Shown here in pieces: positions 38,401 through 46,273 of a stretch of DNA of 64,000 bases; within the stretch, counting starts at the first letter, position 1, and each line of letters begins with the position of its first letter. The position numbers and the translations under genes are program-made. The DNA lies in IMG/VR virus record IMGVR_UViG_3300043449_002191, positions 93,342-157,341 of that record. The stretch is one strand, 5' to 3'. This stretch comes from a virus. Under the pieces are notes generated by a model that saw nothing but the letters and a program-made list of their open reading frames with translations, ran no database searches and had not been told where the DNA came from.

Positions 38401-38636
38401 GAATCAGAAGCTGTATGTCTGGTGGAGAAATCGGCGGTCCCAAATACACTAAAGACTATATTAACCCAAATATTAAAAGGCTTTATGACCAATTGCCTCA
38501 AGAGTATGGTTTTTCAAAGTGTAAATACTCAGATTACCCCAAAAATAACGCAAAAAGATTCAACGATGATCTTAAGAGCAGAGAATTAAATGATGATTGT
38601 TGGGTACTTGACTTAGAGGAGAAGCCTAAAGCCTAA
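32430..38636 (+). CDS. giant 2068-aa helical-repeat polyvalent-type protein
   Basis: Degenerate [LI]A.[HN]PN.P repeats; C-terminal globular domain with WSRV...WVIEELQAD...AKAHGIKKLY; GTG start with GGAGG. Confidence 0.7.
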   Translation: MNKTFFDENTSPQELESTINQYIDTPKDSHPEDLSEKVYEAAAHPQMPAAHLSKLYLHNMAKPENTPENIGSHESIDSDLTEKILQNLNTPKDIHEQHLAATHSSNSEHHNYAISNPAVSNDVIQSFLENRAKSESAWNMPAEENVHPDVGFNLFNKGRELKDIDPKHSEALKEYGLDILQNSKKHTDETLKRVVDAYHKGQPLNSGFLGNLISKNKNLTKDQLNQIHNKHTSSEEFDPDYGSSVISSIAEHPNTDPSLLSLIANDKKYKNHASDALKNPALPMEVFNNKISKLPKRGNEHYDHNDEITESLLQNPNITKDQVSELFKKGFKSALNHEKTDESLIENHWNSSDKSADAANKILRTKNLPESVLKELVNHKNQDVAIEALNHKNATENVVNEGLKRKAKAVQEEAAKHPLVKDRAITEKLKNKSVNASTIASDNDYKEKFDKLSDLDKSNLINHFHEKLSGSDIDAIAKNSKEKKSDVLLAKRFLARDKSVPQHIKDHHSDEFFDMFTKEFGTNSDINVDRDDLHKRQLFQTARDLLSDENPTAQKRLLEHTPLMSALGPDVASKSKNPDFIKKLVKRAKDADGESIIDRWGHPRPYNSSDLRLSVLKNPNLSLEDLKGHLSDPSFNDFDKYALNNIMDKTKGSPEKQAETLSFLKNLNRPEVNKHLLLGSFLTGNDQESAFENLESKYDKSEFLKENADKISPSLADRILSGEFNDNYTQMKHNLFSGLENPPKEIEDKVLNHLDELSKGPVADLTDSLNSISNSFKKSERWKNNAKELSASNPTLASQMYSHHIDVLPAEKQKDAISNLEAYEDSLGVSPEQKDMRKKAFWKAQLLNINRLGRVFEKGELDHLADLQSTDEDETALSIKSLLLNKRLLSDNKASEIVAKDPSLFEDYYNSLHKIDDKIKSIDSVINNPNSDKNLLFKAVGKINPTHLSEYKIDKDNQNEVAKKLANKIADLSKLQDQKHLQTAVQGLTRPIKGHLTEGVSESLIKKAADEILKNDKIPQDKKVRMLSAVSSAMDVKGVTHQATSKFLTKAVSESEDVNTLLPAIQSSTFDFATKTSMAKKANEMLSNPEAIAKVDTQKLLDFTTNANCTAEVKTLVANKATEELFQEQDLDKQVEKAEKLASALNYSSNDSSFNSDARIYHLAEHPNPEVRMVAYKQMRSTLSSNGIESNIELYKNMPDDIKLHPIDIDQNEANNADFVEASTKGWKLDTLIVNGGVLNKENSKVMINRAIESEDPAHKRLALQSLMSSVYTDKNDLTKLARASSEEDLLKSLSIVQNPFQLNAHFALSELMDKVDQKMENPEMVIHGAKFLDKEHTKNVLSILSDIASNIGKTIFDEGTYDINAKNEVYEEVINKHTDHSNTILNNLKNQILEEPSETKVKVNSLINNLRNIVANSGLKFSKETHNKLMESYNLHKDLYEKLGTRFNTPVLLGGIIEKTEGLNSEDWKSLFEKTPESKYFIGHRSSIGTDISDHLSFSKEDQNWSHSPVAVQFALDKLDSQSLDKHGKRLFTEALNATNGSPNQKYVIETGLSKMGDRLNHKDLLDIRKALPEFSQHFDTVAIKSGAGGKELLADSVKKVEELAKNKEQSSVELLSAICRSRHLDENLANKMLEIHDNHPEVMEELANNNSVHPNVLLKIQNEAAKLSPRTSKKIVDAVISNSNTPFDVVKKAFETTQKEYKPYFMSNTSFNPALDNSKWGPSLLREMPVVLPEGLQNVDGNSLKQKTSEFSTEYSNKRKKALNVMAAIPDTGINWVEFKRQNPSLEAGLPKEVKDIFTRNANTPITKENMVSLVKSMDSEQKKREYHLAYSSWSGVQTHTGGKNLVMTLNLSQQTEEELKKDPKVFALYKKVTQIANGISGKSIGAHPTTPYAVSWSRVDTDQNGEAWVIEELQADAVQKFRSNFRRILNNMASGSNIDGHSITSEEMKSMVKTIEKTFDGWDRATINAVIENAKAHGIKKLYMHGLGIRSCMSGGEIGGPKYTKDYINPNIKRLYDQLPQEYGFSKCKYSDYPKNNAKRFNDDLKSRELNDDCWVLDLEEKPKA

Positions 38637-38641
38637 TCTTA
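38632..38641 (+). promoter_or_regulatory. CCTAATCTTA candidate late promoter
   Basis: Exact motif overlapping the stop of the 2068-aa gene. Confidence 0.75.
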
Positions 38642-38658
38642 GGTCTAAGGGGATACTT

Positions 38659-39096
38659 ATGAATTTAGATGAAGCATCTTTAAAAATTGCTAGCGAGCTT
38701 GTAGCTGAATCTACAAAGCTTGAAAAGGCATTGCCTCCTAAACTTGCATATCGTTTTCGCCGCTGGCTACAAAAATTTAAATACAACAAAAGTCCAGAAG
38801 AACTCAATGCGATTAAAAAAGCTTTAAATGAAGCTATCGAAAACCTTTCTCCAGCACTTAAAAAGAATGAGGCTAGGGCATCATTTTTTGATTCTGGAGT
38901 TATTAAGATGGAATTTGGCGGTTCTGTAGATAAAAAAGTAAAAGAAGCTGCTATGGCCTGGGCTAAAAAGAATAATCTCAAAGTATTAGAAGCATCATTG
39001 GAAAAAAGCTCAGATAGTAATAGCTCTATGGTTTTAGGTAAAGAGGCTCAGCCCTCATTAGATTTTTGCGTAAAAACGATAACTTGGAAGTGCTAA
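38659..39096 (+). CDS. hypothetical head-module protein
   Basis: ORF after the late motif; LEKA and LEKS sites. Confidence 0.65.
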   Translation: MNLDEASLKIASELVAESTKLEKALPPKLAYRFRRWLQKFKYNKSPEELNAIKKALNEAIENLSPALKKNEARASFFDSGVIKMEFGGSVDKKVKEAAMAWAKKNNLKVLEASLEKSSDSNSSMVLGKEAQPSLDFCVKTITWKC

Positions 39097-39220
39097 TCCA
39101 TAAGTTATTGGTTTTATTAATGAAAGTTTAATTCAAACTTTTCTTAATTACCTTTTAGGTATACTATACCTATTTTTCTTTAATTAAATCAGATACATAT
39201 AAATAGTCTACTAAAAAAAT

Positions 39221-39230
39221 CCTAATCTTA
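39221..39230 (+). promoter_or_regulatory. CCTAATCTTA candidate late promoter of the capsid operon
   Basis: Exact motif upstream of 39279-scaffold-capsid. Confidence 0.8.
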
Positions 39231-39278
39231 CGAATAGGTTTTGCAAAACCATTAAAACTATATATAGGAGGATATACT

Positions 39279-39695
39279 ATGACAGCTTTTAAATGTCAAG
39301 CTCATAGCAGAGAATTGTCTCAGCGCCTTAAGCTCTCCATTGCTGACCTAGCAATCGAAGAAGCTCTAGATGCCAACGGAATGCCTGAACTGAAAATCGA
39401 AAAAGGTTCAGAAGCTATTTTGGTAAAAATCGAAACTCTTGACAATGCTGGCCGTGTTGACGGTCTTGGATTGCCACAAAGAGTTTACAGCCCACACAAA
39501 TGCACTATCTTGCAAGCTGATGCCGCTTCTGATTTAGAAGTTCGTGCAAAAGTTCTTGCTGCTTGTGCAAAACTCGGAATGAAACTTATGGTTTACGAAG
39601 CGGCAGCTGTTCCTGCATCATGGGATCTTGCTGGTGCTACTAAAACCGCTGAAATCGCTTCTGACGAAATCAACCCTCTTACTCAATCTCAGTAA
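39279..39695 (+). CDS. putative abundant head protein (decoration?)
   Basis: Strong AGGAGG RBS; first gene of the capsid operon. Confidence 0.5.
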   Translation: MTAFKCQAHSRELSQRLKLSIADLAIEEALDANGMPELKIEKGSEAILVKIETLDNAGRVDGLGLPQRVYSPHKCTILQADAASDLEVRAKVLAACAKLGMKLMVYEAAAVPASWDLAGATKTAEIASDEINPLTQSQ

Positions 39696-39722
39696 TTAAT
39701 TGAGAAGTAGAAGGGAGAGATT

Positions 39723-40589
39723 ATGAATCAGCTATATACAGATCAAGACTTGGATGCTATCATTGCTTCTGTCGAAGAGGCTTTGTCTAAGGCTGAAGTA
39801 TTGGCAAAATCTTCTCTCAGAAAAGATGGCCAAGAAGACGAAGAGCAAGAGCAAGAAGCTCCTGCTGCTGATCAAGCTCCCGAAATGCAAGAGCAAGCCC
39901 CTGCTCCTGATGCTCAAATGGATGAGCAACAAGCACAGGCCCCATCCGAAGAAGCTCCTGAAGAAGCACCTGCTCAAGATGAGCAAGCTGCCCCTGAAGA
40001 AGCACCTGCTCAAGATGAGCAGATGGATGAAGCTCAAGCCGATCAATCACTAGAGCAAGAAGCTCAAGGCGACGAGGACCAAGCCCTTACGGATGAGGAA
40101 TTGGCTCAGATTTATGGAAGTATGGACCCACAGGAATTGGAGCGCCATTATTCTGTTATCCGCCAAATGATTGAACAAGCTTATGCAAAAGCGGAAGCTG
40201 ATGAGTCCGAAGAGGATGAATCCAAGGAAGAAGAAGAAAAAGAAGAAGATGAAAAAGACGAAAAAGAGAGCATGGAAAAGTCAGAAAAGATTTCTGCTTT
40301 AGAAAAGCAAATCGCTGACCAGAACAAAGCTCTTGAAAATATTGCAAAAGCGTTTGAAATTATTGCAAAACCTCAACGCAAAGCAGTTACTGAAATCGAT
40401 TTCATCAGAAAATCAGAAGCCGAAAGCTCTGATAAAACAATGACATTGGAAGAAGTTAAAGCTAAAGCTAATAAACTTGCTCCAGCGTCACTCACCAAGT
40501 CTGAAAGAGATCAAGTGAACTCTTTTATGCTTTACGGTGAAGGAAAAGAACAAATTGAAAAACTAATTAAGTCTAAGGGAGGAAACTAA
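39723..40589 (+). CDS. capsid scaffolding protein
   Basis: Acidic Glu/Gln/Ala-rich, directly before the major capsid; many xxK-S/A sites. Confidence 0.75.
   Translation: MNQLYTDQDLDAIIASVEEALSKAEVLAKSSLRKDGQEDEEQEQEAPAADQAPEMQEQAPAPDAQMDEQQAQAPSEEAPEEAPAQDEQAAPEEAPAQDEQMDEAQADQSLEQEAQGDEDQALTDEELAQIYGSMDPQELERHYSVIRQMIEQAYAKAEADESEEDESKEEEEKEEDEKDEKESMEKSEKISALEKQIADQNKALENIAKAFEIIAKPQRKAVTEIDFIRKSEAESSDKTMTLEEVKAKANKLAPASLTKSERDQVNSFMLYGEGKEQIEKLIKSKGGN
39957..40021 (+). repeat. 36-bp-period in-frame tandem duplication (PEEAPAQDEQ)
   Basis: CCTGAAGAAGCACCTGCTCAAGATGAGCA at 39957 and 39993. Confidence 0.85.
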
Positions 40590-40590
40590 A

Positions 40591-41979
40591 ATGAATGACC
40601 TAGTAAAAACACTAGAAACATTAGTTAAGACCTTGGAAGCAGGTAACTATAACGTAGCTCCTAGTCAGCTCGTCCAAGGTTCTGCTCTCCAGATCGAAAA
40701 CTTGGAATCTGTCATGCACAACACTACGTTTGATGACAGTCACATCAAGCTTCAGAAGCTTTTTTCTGTAAAGAAAGCTAAGAGCTTGCTTGTGCAATTT
40801 AACCGTCAATTGTCTTATGGACGTTTTGGCGGATCTGCTCAGCGTGAAGGCGCTGTAGGTGACATCAATGTTGGCGACTACGTTCGTGCGACTGTCCCTA
40901 TGTGCTTCTACTCTGCAGTAACACGTGTAACAGTTGCTGCCAATATGATGGAAACCATCGATGGCAAAAAAGCTGAAGACCGTGAAGCAGATAACATTGC
41001 AATGAAAATTGCAGGGGACATCGAATTTGACTCCTTTAAAGGTAAGTCAGATTTCTCTAACGCAGGGGTATTCGATGGAAACCCTCTTGCTATGCCAGAG
41101 CTTCCTAGTATGCTTGGTGTTGACGCTCAAATCCGTCAATCGGATATGATCGTTTCTACTCAAGATCTTATGTTTGCAGCTTTTGGTTCAAATCAAAGTG
41201 TTGTTCTTTCTAAGAACGGCGCTCTTGATCAACCACACATCGAAGACCTTGCTCTTCGCAGCCGCATGAACATGGGTAAAGCTGAAACTCTTTTTATTGA
41301 CCCTGTTGTTCTTTCTGGATACAACAAGGCAGTTGCCCTTGGATCAGGATCTAACGCTATTCAACGTATCGTTTTAGCTGGTTCTGCTCAAGACGCTTCT
41401 GGAGCTGATCTTCGTCGTCAATGGGTTTCTAACGGAACTGTGACTCTTGAAGATTCTCGTTTCCTTTCTGGAAAAACTGCTCCTCAACGTCCTATGATCG
41501 GTTCACCTGCTGCTCCTGCTACTGTTGCTGGAACTGCAGCTCCAGGCGGAATTATCCCTGCTGGCGATCATGTTTACGTAGTTACTGCTGAAAACGAAAG
41601 AGGCGAAGGCGTTGCTAAAGCTTCTGCTGCTGTAACAGTTGCTGCTGGTGAAAAAGTTGATCTTGTTATCGCTGGTGTTGCTGGCGCTACTCATTACAAC
41701 GTATACCGTGGCGCTTCTGCTGCTTCTGCTAAGTTTATCGGTCGTGTTAAAGCTGATGGTGCTGCAAGTGTTACTTTTGTTGACCTTGGAAACAAAGCTC
41801 CAGCTTTCGTAACTGGTTACCTTATCCAAAAAGATACTTGGGGATTCCATGAGCTTGCTCCATACTCTCGTATGAAGCTTGCTATCAGCGATTTATCAGT
41901 TCCTGAAGCTCACTTCAGATTCTTGTCTCTTGCTGGATATCAACCACGTAAGAACGTTATCTCTGATAACTTGTTCTAA
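40591..41979 (+). CDS. major capsid protein (Herelleviridae-like, with Ig-like insertion)
   Basis: N-arm K-TLEAG...P...GSALQIENL; position after scaffold; insertion YVVTAENERGEG...YNVYRG; followed by a terminator. Confidence 0.88.
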   Translation: MNDLVKTLETLVKTLEAGNYNVAPSQLVQGSALQIENLESVMHNTTFDDSHIKLQKLFSVKKAKSLLVQFNRQLSYGRFGGSAQREGAVGDINVGDYVRATVPMCFYSAVTRVTVAANMMETIDGKKAEDREADNIAMKIAGDIEFDSFKGKSDFSNAGVFDGNPLAMPELPSMLGVDAQIRQSDMIVSTQDLMFAAFGSNQSVVLSKNGALDQPHIEDLALRSRMNMGKAETLFIDPVVLSGYNKAVALGSGSNAIQRIVLAGSAQDASGADLRRQWVSNGTVTLEDSRFLSGKTAPQRPMIGSPAAPATVAGTAAPGGIIPAGDHVYVVTAENERGEGVAKASAAVTVAAGEKVDLVIAGVAGATHYNVYRGASAASAKFIGRVKADGAASVTFVDLGNKAPAFVTGYLIQKDTWGFHELAPYSRMKLAISDLSVPEAHFRFLSLAGYQPRKNVISDNLF

Positions 41980-42004
41980 TTAGAAATTTAAAACATTTCG
42001 ACTG

Positions 42005-42032
42005 AAGCGGAGGTAACCCCTCCGCTTTTTTT
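42005..42032 (+). terminator. intrinsic terminator
   Basis: AAGCGGAGG-TAACC-CCTCCGCTT followed by a T tract, after the capsid gene. Confidence 0.9.
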
Positions 42033-42036
42033 ATTT

Positions 42037-42330
42037 TTAAAGGTACTTAAGCTGCCCACTCTTTTTATAGGCTTGCATATCAATAACCTTAGCCTTACCA
42101 CGGCTTTTTTTCGGCACACCTTTGCCGCTATATGACACAATCAGGTACGATTGAGAATCAACCTGAATATCTTGAACTCTGACCAGACTATATTCTTTCA
42201 AACCGTCCATAATTTGTTTAATAAGCACTTTATCAAAATGAGTCGTTTCAAGTTCTTGAGTTGCTCCAGAGATCGCAAATCCCTGGATGATGCTGTCAAT
42301 CCAATCATTAGCTTCGTAATTAAAATCCAT
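42037..42330 (-). CDS. hypothetical protein
   Basis: 97 aa ORF in a short minus-strand operon. Confidence 0.55.
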   Translation of the reverse strand: MDFNYEANDWIDSIIQGFAISGATQELETTHFDKVLIKQIMDGLKEYSLVRVQDIQVDSQSYLIVSYSGKGVPKKSRGKAKVIDMQAYKKSGQLKYL

Positions 42331-42333
42331 AGT

Positions 42334-42606
42334 TTACCCCACTTTTAAGAGTTTTTTATCCTTAAAATCAACGTAATAAACAGTTGCGTCAGTCTCATTT
42401 TGAGCCACTTTAGTTATAACATAATAGGGAGTCTCACCTGCAAGAGAAATCTTTTGCAAATTAACCCAGTCAATAATGCCATCGTTAATTGCCTTAGAGA
42501 TCTCAGTAGCTACAGCTTTATCTTGAATGATAACTCGCTTAGCCCCAGAATCAAGTTCACCAACTGCGCTAACTGCCTGTGTAAGTGCTTTATTTTGCTT
42601 TGCCAT
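42334..42606 (-). CDS. hypothetical protein
   Basis: AAGGAG RBS; sigma70-like promoter upstream. Confidence 0.7.
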   Translation of the reverse strand: MAKQNKALTQAVSAVGELDSGAKRVIIQDKAVATEISKAINDGIIDWVNLQKISLAGETPYYVITKVAQNETDATVYYVDFKDKKLLKVG

Positions 42607-42627
42607 AAATATCTCCTTGTTAAATTC

Positions 42628-42656
42628 ATTATTGCGTTAAACAGAACTAAAGTCAA
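42628..42656 (-). promoter_or_regulatory. sigma70-like promoter
   Basis: TTGACT-N17-AATAAT on the minus strand. Confidence 0.5.
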
Positions 42657-42693
42657 CAGAAAAAAGAGATATTATTAAGATAAGGAGATTTTT

Positions 42694-43041
42694 ATGACCA
42701 AATTGTCTAAAAAAGAGAAAAAGTACGTATCTGGACTTATTGCTAAGAAATTGGCCGAAATGGGCGTAAAAGATGAAATTCAGATGGTTAATACCGAAAA
42801 GTACGGTGTTAGACCTGCTCTTAATGAAACAGGTGAGCCCGTCCTTAATGAAGAAGGGCACCCTAAATTAGAAGTATTCTTTAAACAGCAAGCTATGAAT
42901 CCTGTACGTCGAACTATCCGTAACCTTAGAGATCAGGGCTGGGAAGCGTTAGAAGCCTTCTTAGCTATTGAAACAAAGCCTCAACAAGAGGAAGCCTTAG
43001 AAGCAACTGTAGAAGCAACTGCTACTGAAGAAGGACAATAA
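42694..43041 (+). CDS. hypothetical protein
   Basis: AAGGAG RBS. Confidence 0.7.
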   Translation: MTKLSKKEKKYVSGLIAKKLAEMGVKDEIQMVNTEKYGVRPALNETGEPVLNEEGHPKLEVFFKQQAMNPVRRTIRNLRDQGWEALEAFLAIETKPQQEEALEATVEATATEEGQ

Positions 43042-43042
43042 A

Positions 43043-44101
43043 ATGAGAGTACGCAATGGTCAAAGATTCGATCTTTCGTTCATAAGAAAAGACTCCCTTA
43101 CCCATAAGGCTTTGACCAAGCGTTTTGGTACAAATATTAATGAAATCCATGATATCTTATTAAATAACCCTAACTTCCGTATAGCATTGAACTCCATGAC
43201 TTTTGATTACACAAAGTATTCCATTGGTATCCACGCCAATGGTCTTGAAAAGTGGGATTATCCCTCAAAAGAAAATGATTACGGCAATAAATCTGAAGAA
43301 AAGCAGCAATACGATGTTGAGGGTCATCGTTATGCAGACGTATATGCCGAAGTGACTTTGAATTTATTTGACAAAGAGCAGCGAGATATCTATATCCAAA
43401 ATCTAAGCCATACCATGACTCTCTTATGGGAATCAACACAAATCTTAGTAAAAGGGCTCCTAAAGCCTCTTTTTAGAAAAAAGTTTAGGCTTGTAAGCAA
43501 AAAGTATTACAAACCCCTTAGCGGCCTTAAAACTTATTTTCATATTTTAAAACAAATTCCAAAGGCTTTTTCTAGAAAAACATCTCGCTATATTTGGCAG
43601 ATCGACACACATGAAAATTTTATGAATAGTGCCCTAGAAGAAATTGCTTACTCTAGAATTGAATATAAACTACCTCCTAAGCTTTTAAACGAACAGCTTG
43701 AGATGGAGATAGAAAATGTTAAAAGCGAAATCGAAAGATATCCCAAAGATCTTTTAATGGGGGTTTTTGGTTATGATAGAATTGACAATGCTATGTGGAT
43801 TAGGAAAGATGACCCAACAGTAATAGTTGTAGATACAGAAGGCTATCAAAAAGAACTTAAGGATGGCCTGTCTAATAAAGATGTTAAGAATATTGTAGAA
43901 AAATGGTTAAAATTAATATTAGGGTATAATGCAATTAGAGTTAAAAGTACCGAAGCCATTGCATCAAAAAGCCTAGACCTAGACCTTAAGGTTAGTTTAC
44001 TTGAGATGGAAATGGGAGAAGTTTACGAAATTAAAAGTGTGAGCGATCTATACGCATTACTGGGGATAAAAAATGGCAAAGATGAAAGAGATCGAGAGTA
44101 A
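43043..44101 (+). CDS. hypothetical protein
   Basis: 352 aa ORF. Confidence 0.65.
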   Translation: MRVRNGQRFDLSFIRKDSLTHKALTKRFGTNINEIHDILLNNPNFRIALNSMTFDYTKYSIGIHANGLEKWDYPSKENDYGNKSEEKQQYDVEGHRYADVYAEVTLNLFDKEQRDIYIQNLSHTMTLLWESTQILVKGLLKPLFRKKFRLVSKKYYKPLSGLKTYFHILKQIPKAFSRKTSRYIWQIDTHENFMNSALEEIAYSRIEYKLPPKLLNEQLEMEIENVKSEIERYPKDLLMGVFGYDRIDNAMWIRKDDPTVIVVDTEGYQKELKDGLSNKDVKNIVEKWLKLILGYNAIRVKSTEAIASKSLDLDLKVSLLEMEMGEVYEIKSVSDLYALLGIKNGKDERDRE

Positions 44102-44681
44102 GTGGGATGCCCTTAAGTTAGATAGGGTATTTTTTAACAACAAAATCTCTCAATACTTCCATAAGTCTAAAATAAGGCATACTTTTCTATATGCAGCAGG
44201 GTTTGATTATTATTATGAAAGTTGTAATGGATATGTAGCTCGACATAGACATGGCGCTGATGTAAACGAGTTAACAGTTAAAGCTAGATTATCAGATCAA
44301 AGTATTAAAGTCAGAAAAGAAGGCAATCTTCACTTAGCTCAAAATACTCCTGTAACAGAAGTGAAAGAATCTTTAGAATTGATGGGATTCAATTTATCTT
44401 TTTCTATCTATAAAGACTGCGATATTTATTTCATTGAGGAAGAAGGTGCTGAGATTAGCATCGTATGGTATGCAGTCGATAGACCTAAGTCTAAAATGAA
44501 GAGACGCTATTTTTTTGAAATCGAAGTCCAAAATGCCCCTGAAAAGAAAAGCTTAAAGCTTCTTAAAAAGTGGACCAAAATTGCCTACAGCTTATTTCAT
44601 TTATCTGATGAAGATTTGATCCACGATAGCTTGTATGAAATATATTCTGGTAAAAGATATAAAACAGTCAAAAGGAAATAA
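44073..44681 (+). CDS. CYTH/triphosphate-tunnel metalloenzyme-like protein
   Basis: N-terminal EIESK (ExExK), LTVK, RKE, FFEIEV. Confidence 0.7.
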   Translation: MAKMKEIESKWDALKLDRVFFNNKISQYFHKSKIRHTFLYAAGFDYYYESCNGYVARHRHGADVNELTVKARLSDQSIKVRKEGNLHLAQNTPVTEVKESLELMGFNLSFSIYKDCDIYFIEEEGAEISIVWYAVDRPKSKMKRRYFFEIEVQNAPEKKSLKLLKKWTKIAYSLFHLSDEDLIHDSLYEIYSGKRYKTVKRK

Positions 44682-44683
44682 AA

Positions 44684-45763
44684 ATGAAAAAAGAAAGGGC
44701 AGGTAGTGTAGTTAATTGTGAAGAATGTAAGGCAGAATTCTATATATCCCCTGCTCGACTGAAAAATAAAACTCATACTTGTTCAAGGGAATGCGCTGCA
44801 AAAGTGGCCTCAAAGAAAAAACCTAAAAAAGATGGGGAACAATGCGTTAATTGCGGTAAAGTAAGCTTTTATAAACCTTCAAGGAAAAAGCGAATAAAAG
44901 GATTTTCATGTTGCTCATTGGCTTGTCGTGGAGAGTATCTTAAAACTGCTTATTTAGGAACAAAAAATCCTAATTACAAAAAAGCTGATATTATATATAA
45001 GTGGTTTTACAAAAAAAATCAGCAGATACAGCATTCAGCTAAACAGAGAGGTCTAGACTTTAGTTTAACCGCAGAAATGTTACTTGAGCAATATAAAAAA
45101 CAAAATGGCCTATGTTATTACACAGGAATACCTTTGCAATTGTCAAAAACTGATCAATGGAAAACTCAGGAAGAAGCTTCGCCGGATATATTATCTGTAG
45201 ATAGAGTAAATTCAGAAATTGGGTATATTGAAGGGAATATCGTTCTATGCTGTCTTGCTGTTAATAGAATGAAAGGCTCATATCCGGCCTCTGACGTAAT
45301 GGGTATGTTTAGTTATATTGCTGCAAAACATATGAAAACTTGCTATGCTGAAATAAAGCGAGTAAGAGAAAATGCAATATTGCCACATAAAGCATCCTTG
45401 GGAGATATTGGGTACGACCTCTATGTATCTACAGTTATTGATGAAGGCACTTATCTTACAGTTGGTACAGGGATTGCCATATCTCCTGCAATAGGATGGT
45501 ATTTCGATGTAGTTGCAAGATCGTCTTTACATAAAAAAGGGCTAATGCTTTATAATTGCATAGGAATTATAGATAATTCATATCAAGGTGAAATTATATT
45601 AAAATTATTTAAAACTACTTCGGACAGTTCTGTCAATGTAGGTGATCGTATAGCTCAATTGATTGCTAGGCGCTACACGGTAGTTGAATTGGAAGAAGTT
45701 TCTGAGTTTAGTAACGAGACAGACAGGGGAACGTCTGGTTTTGGGTCAACCGGAAAAAATTAA
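44684..45763 (+). CDS. dut: zinc-finger/HNH-like endonuclease fused to trimeric dUTPase
   Basis: CxxC..CSxxC twice, GLCYYTG, SVDR..S..GY..GNIV..C..VN.MK; dUTPase GYDL, RSS, GIIDxxYxGE, RIAQ, RGxxGFGSTG. Confidence 0.85.
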   Translation: MKKERAGSVVNCEECKAEFYISPARLKNKTHTCSRECAAKVASKKKPKKDGEQCVNCGKVSFYKPSRKKRIKGFSCCSLACRGEYLKTAYLGTKNPNYKKADIIYKWFYKKNQQIQHSAKQRGLDFSLTAEMLLEQYKKQNGLCYYTGIPLQLSKTDQWKTQEEASPDILSVDRVNSEIGYIEGNIVLCCLAVNRMKGSYPASDVMGMFSYIAAKHMKTCYAEIKRVRENAILPHKASLGDIGYDLYVSTVIDEGTYLTVGTGIAISPAIGWYFDVVARSSLHKKGLMLYNCIGIIDNSYQGEIILKLFKTTSDSSVNVGDRIAQLIARRYTVVELEEVSEFSNETDRGTSGFGSTGKN

Positions 45764-45774
45764 ATAAAAACCCC

Positions 45775-45803
45775 TTGACTTGTGGCTCAAAGTATATTAT
45801 TCT
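45775..45803 (+). promoter_or_regulatory. sigma70 early promoter
   Basis: TTGACT-N17-TATTCT upstream of the AGGAGG RBS. Confidence 0.65.
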
Positions 45804-45826
45804 GGGTTTACAAATAGGAGGTTTTT

Positions 45827-46156
45827 ATGGATACGTTACAAGTCGTTTGCACTACACTTACAGTATATGTTGGCCTTGAACTTTTAGTTTTGGCCGTTTT
45901 ATTGAAAAGATCTCATTCGCTCAGGCAGCGAATTAGACAGTATTTTCTAGGAAATACCGAATATAAACTAGACAGTATTCAAAGCTATCTTCAAGATAAT
46001 TTGCTCGAAGTTCAAAATCTTGCTAGTAAAATCGACAAAGAAATCTTAAATCAAAAAGCTTTTAGGCATTCAATCCGACGAAGAGTTTTGGCTCAAGAGT
46101 CTAAACTGAACGGGTCATTTGTACTTACAGACACAACAAAGGCTAACCGACAATGA
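45827..46156 (+). CDS. membrane-anchored hypothetical protein
   Basis: AGGAGG RBS; N-terminal TM. Confidence 0.65.
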   Translation: MDTLQVVCTTLTVYVGLELLVLAVLLKRSHSLRQRIRQYFLGNTEYKLDSIQSYLQDNLLEVQNLASKIDKEILNQKAFRHSIRRRVLAQESKLNGSFVLTDTTKANRQ

Positions 46157-46272
46157 TCTTATTAATTAAAAAGCTCTTCAGTTTTATTGCTTCAGATAAA
46201 GAATTAACAGATTGGAATTATAGGCTTTACTGCTCATATCAAGAAAGCCTATATCAAAGATTAGGAGATTAA
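46153..46272 (+). CDS. 39-aa small ORF (not in ORF track)
   Basis: ATGA overlap with the upstream stop; fills the gap; MILLIKKLFSFIAS...QRLGD. Confidence 0.4.
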   Translation: MILLIKKLFSFIASDKELTDWNYRLYCSYQESLYQRLGD

Positions 46273-46273
46273 T

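Noticed and set aside
46256-46265. 9/10 match to the late motif on the minus strand (CCTAATCTTT)
   Set aside because: It is antisense to the local genes and explained by the AGGAG RBS of 46274
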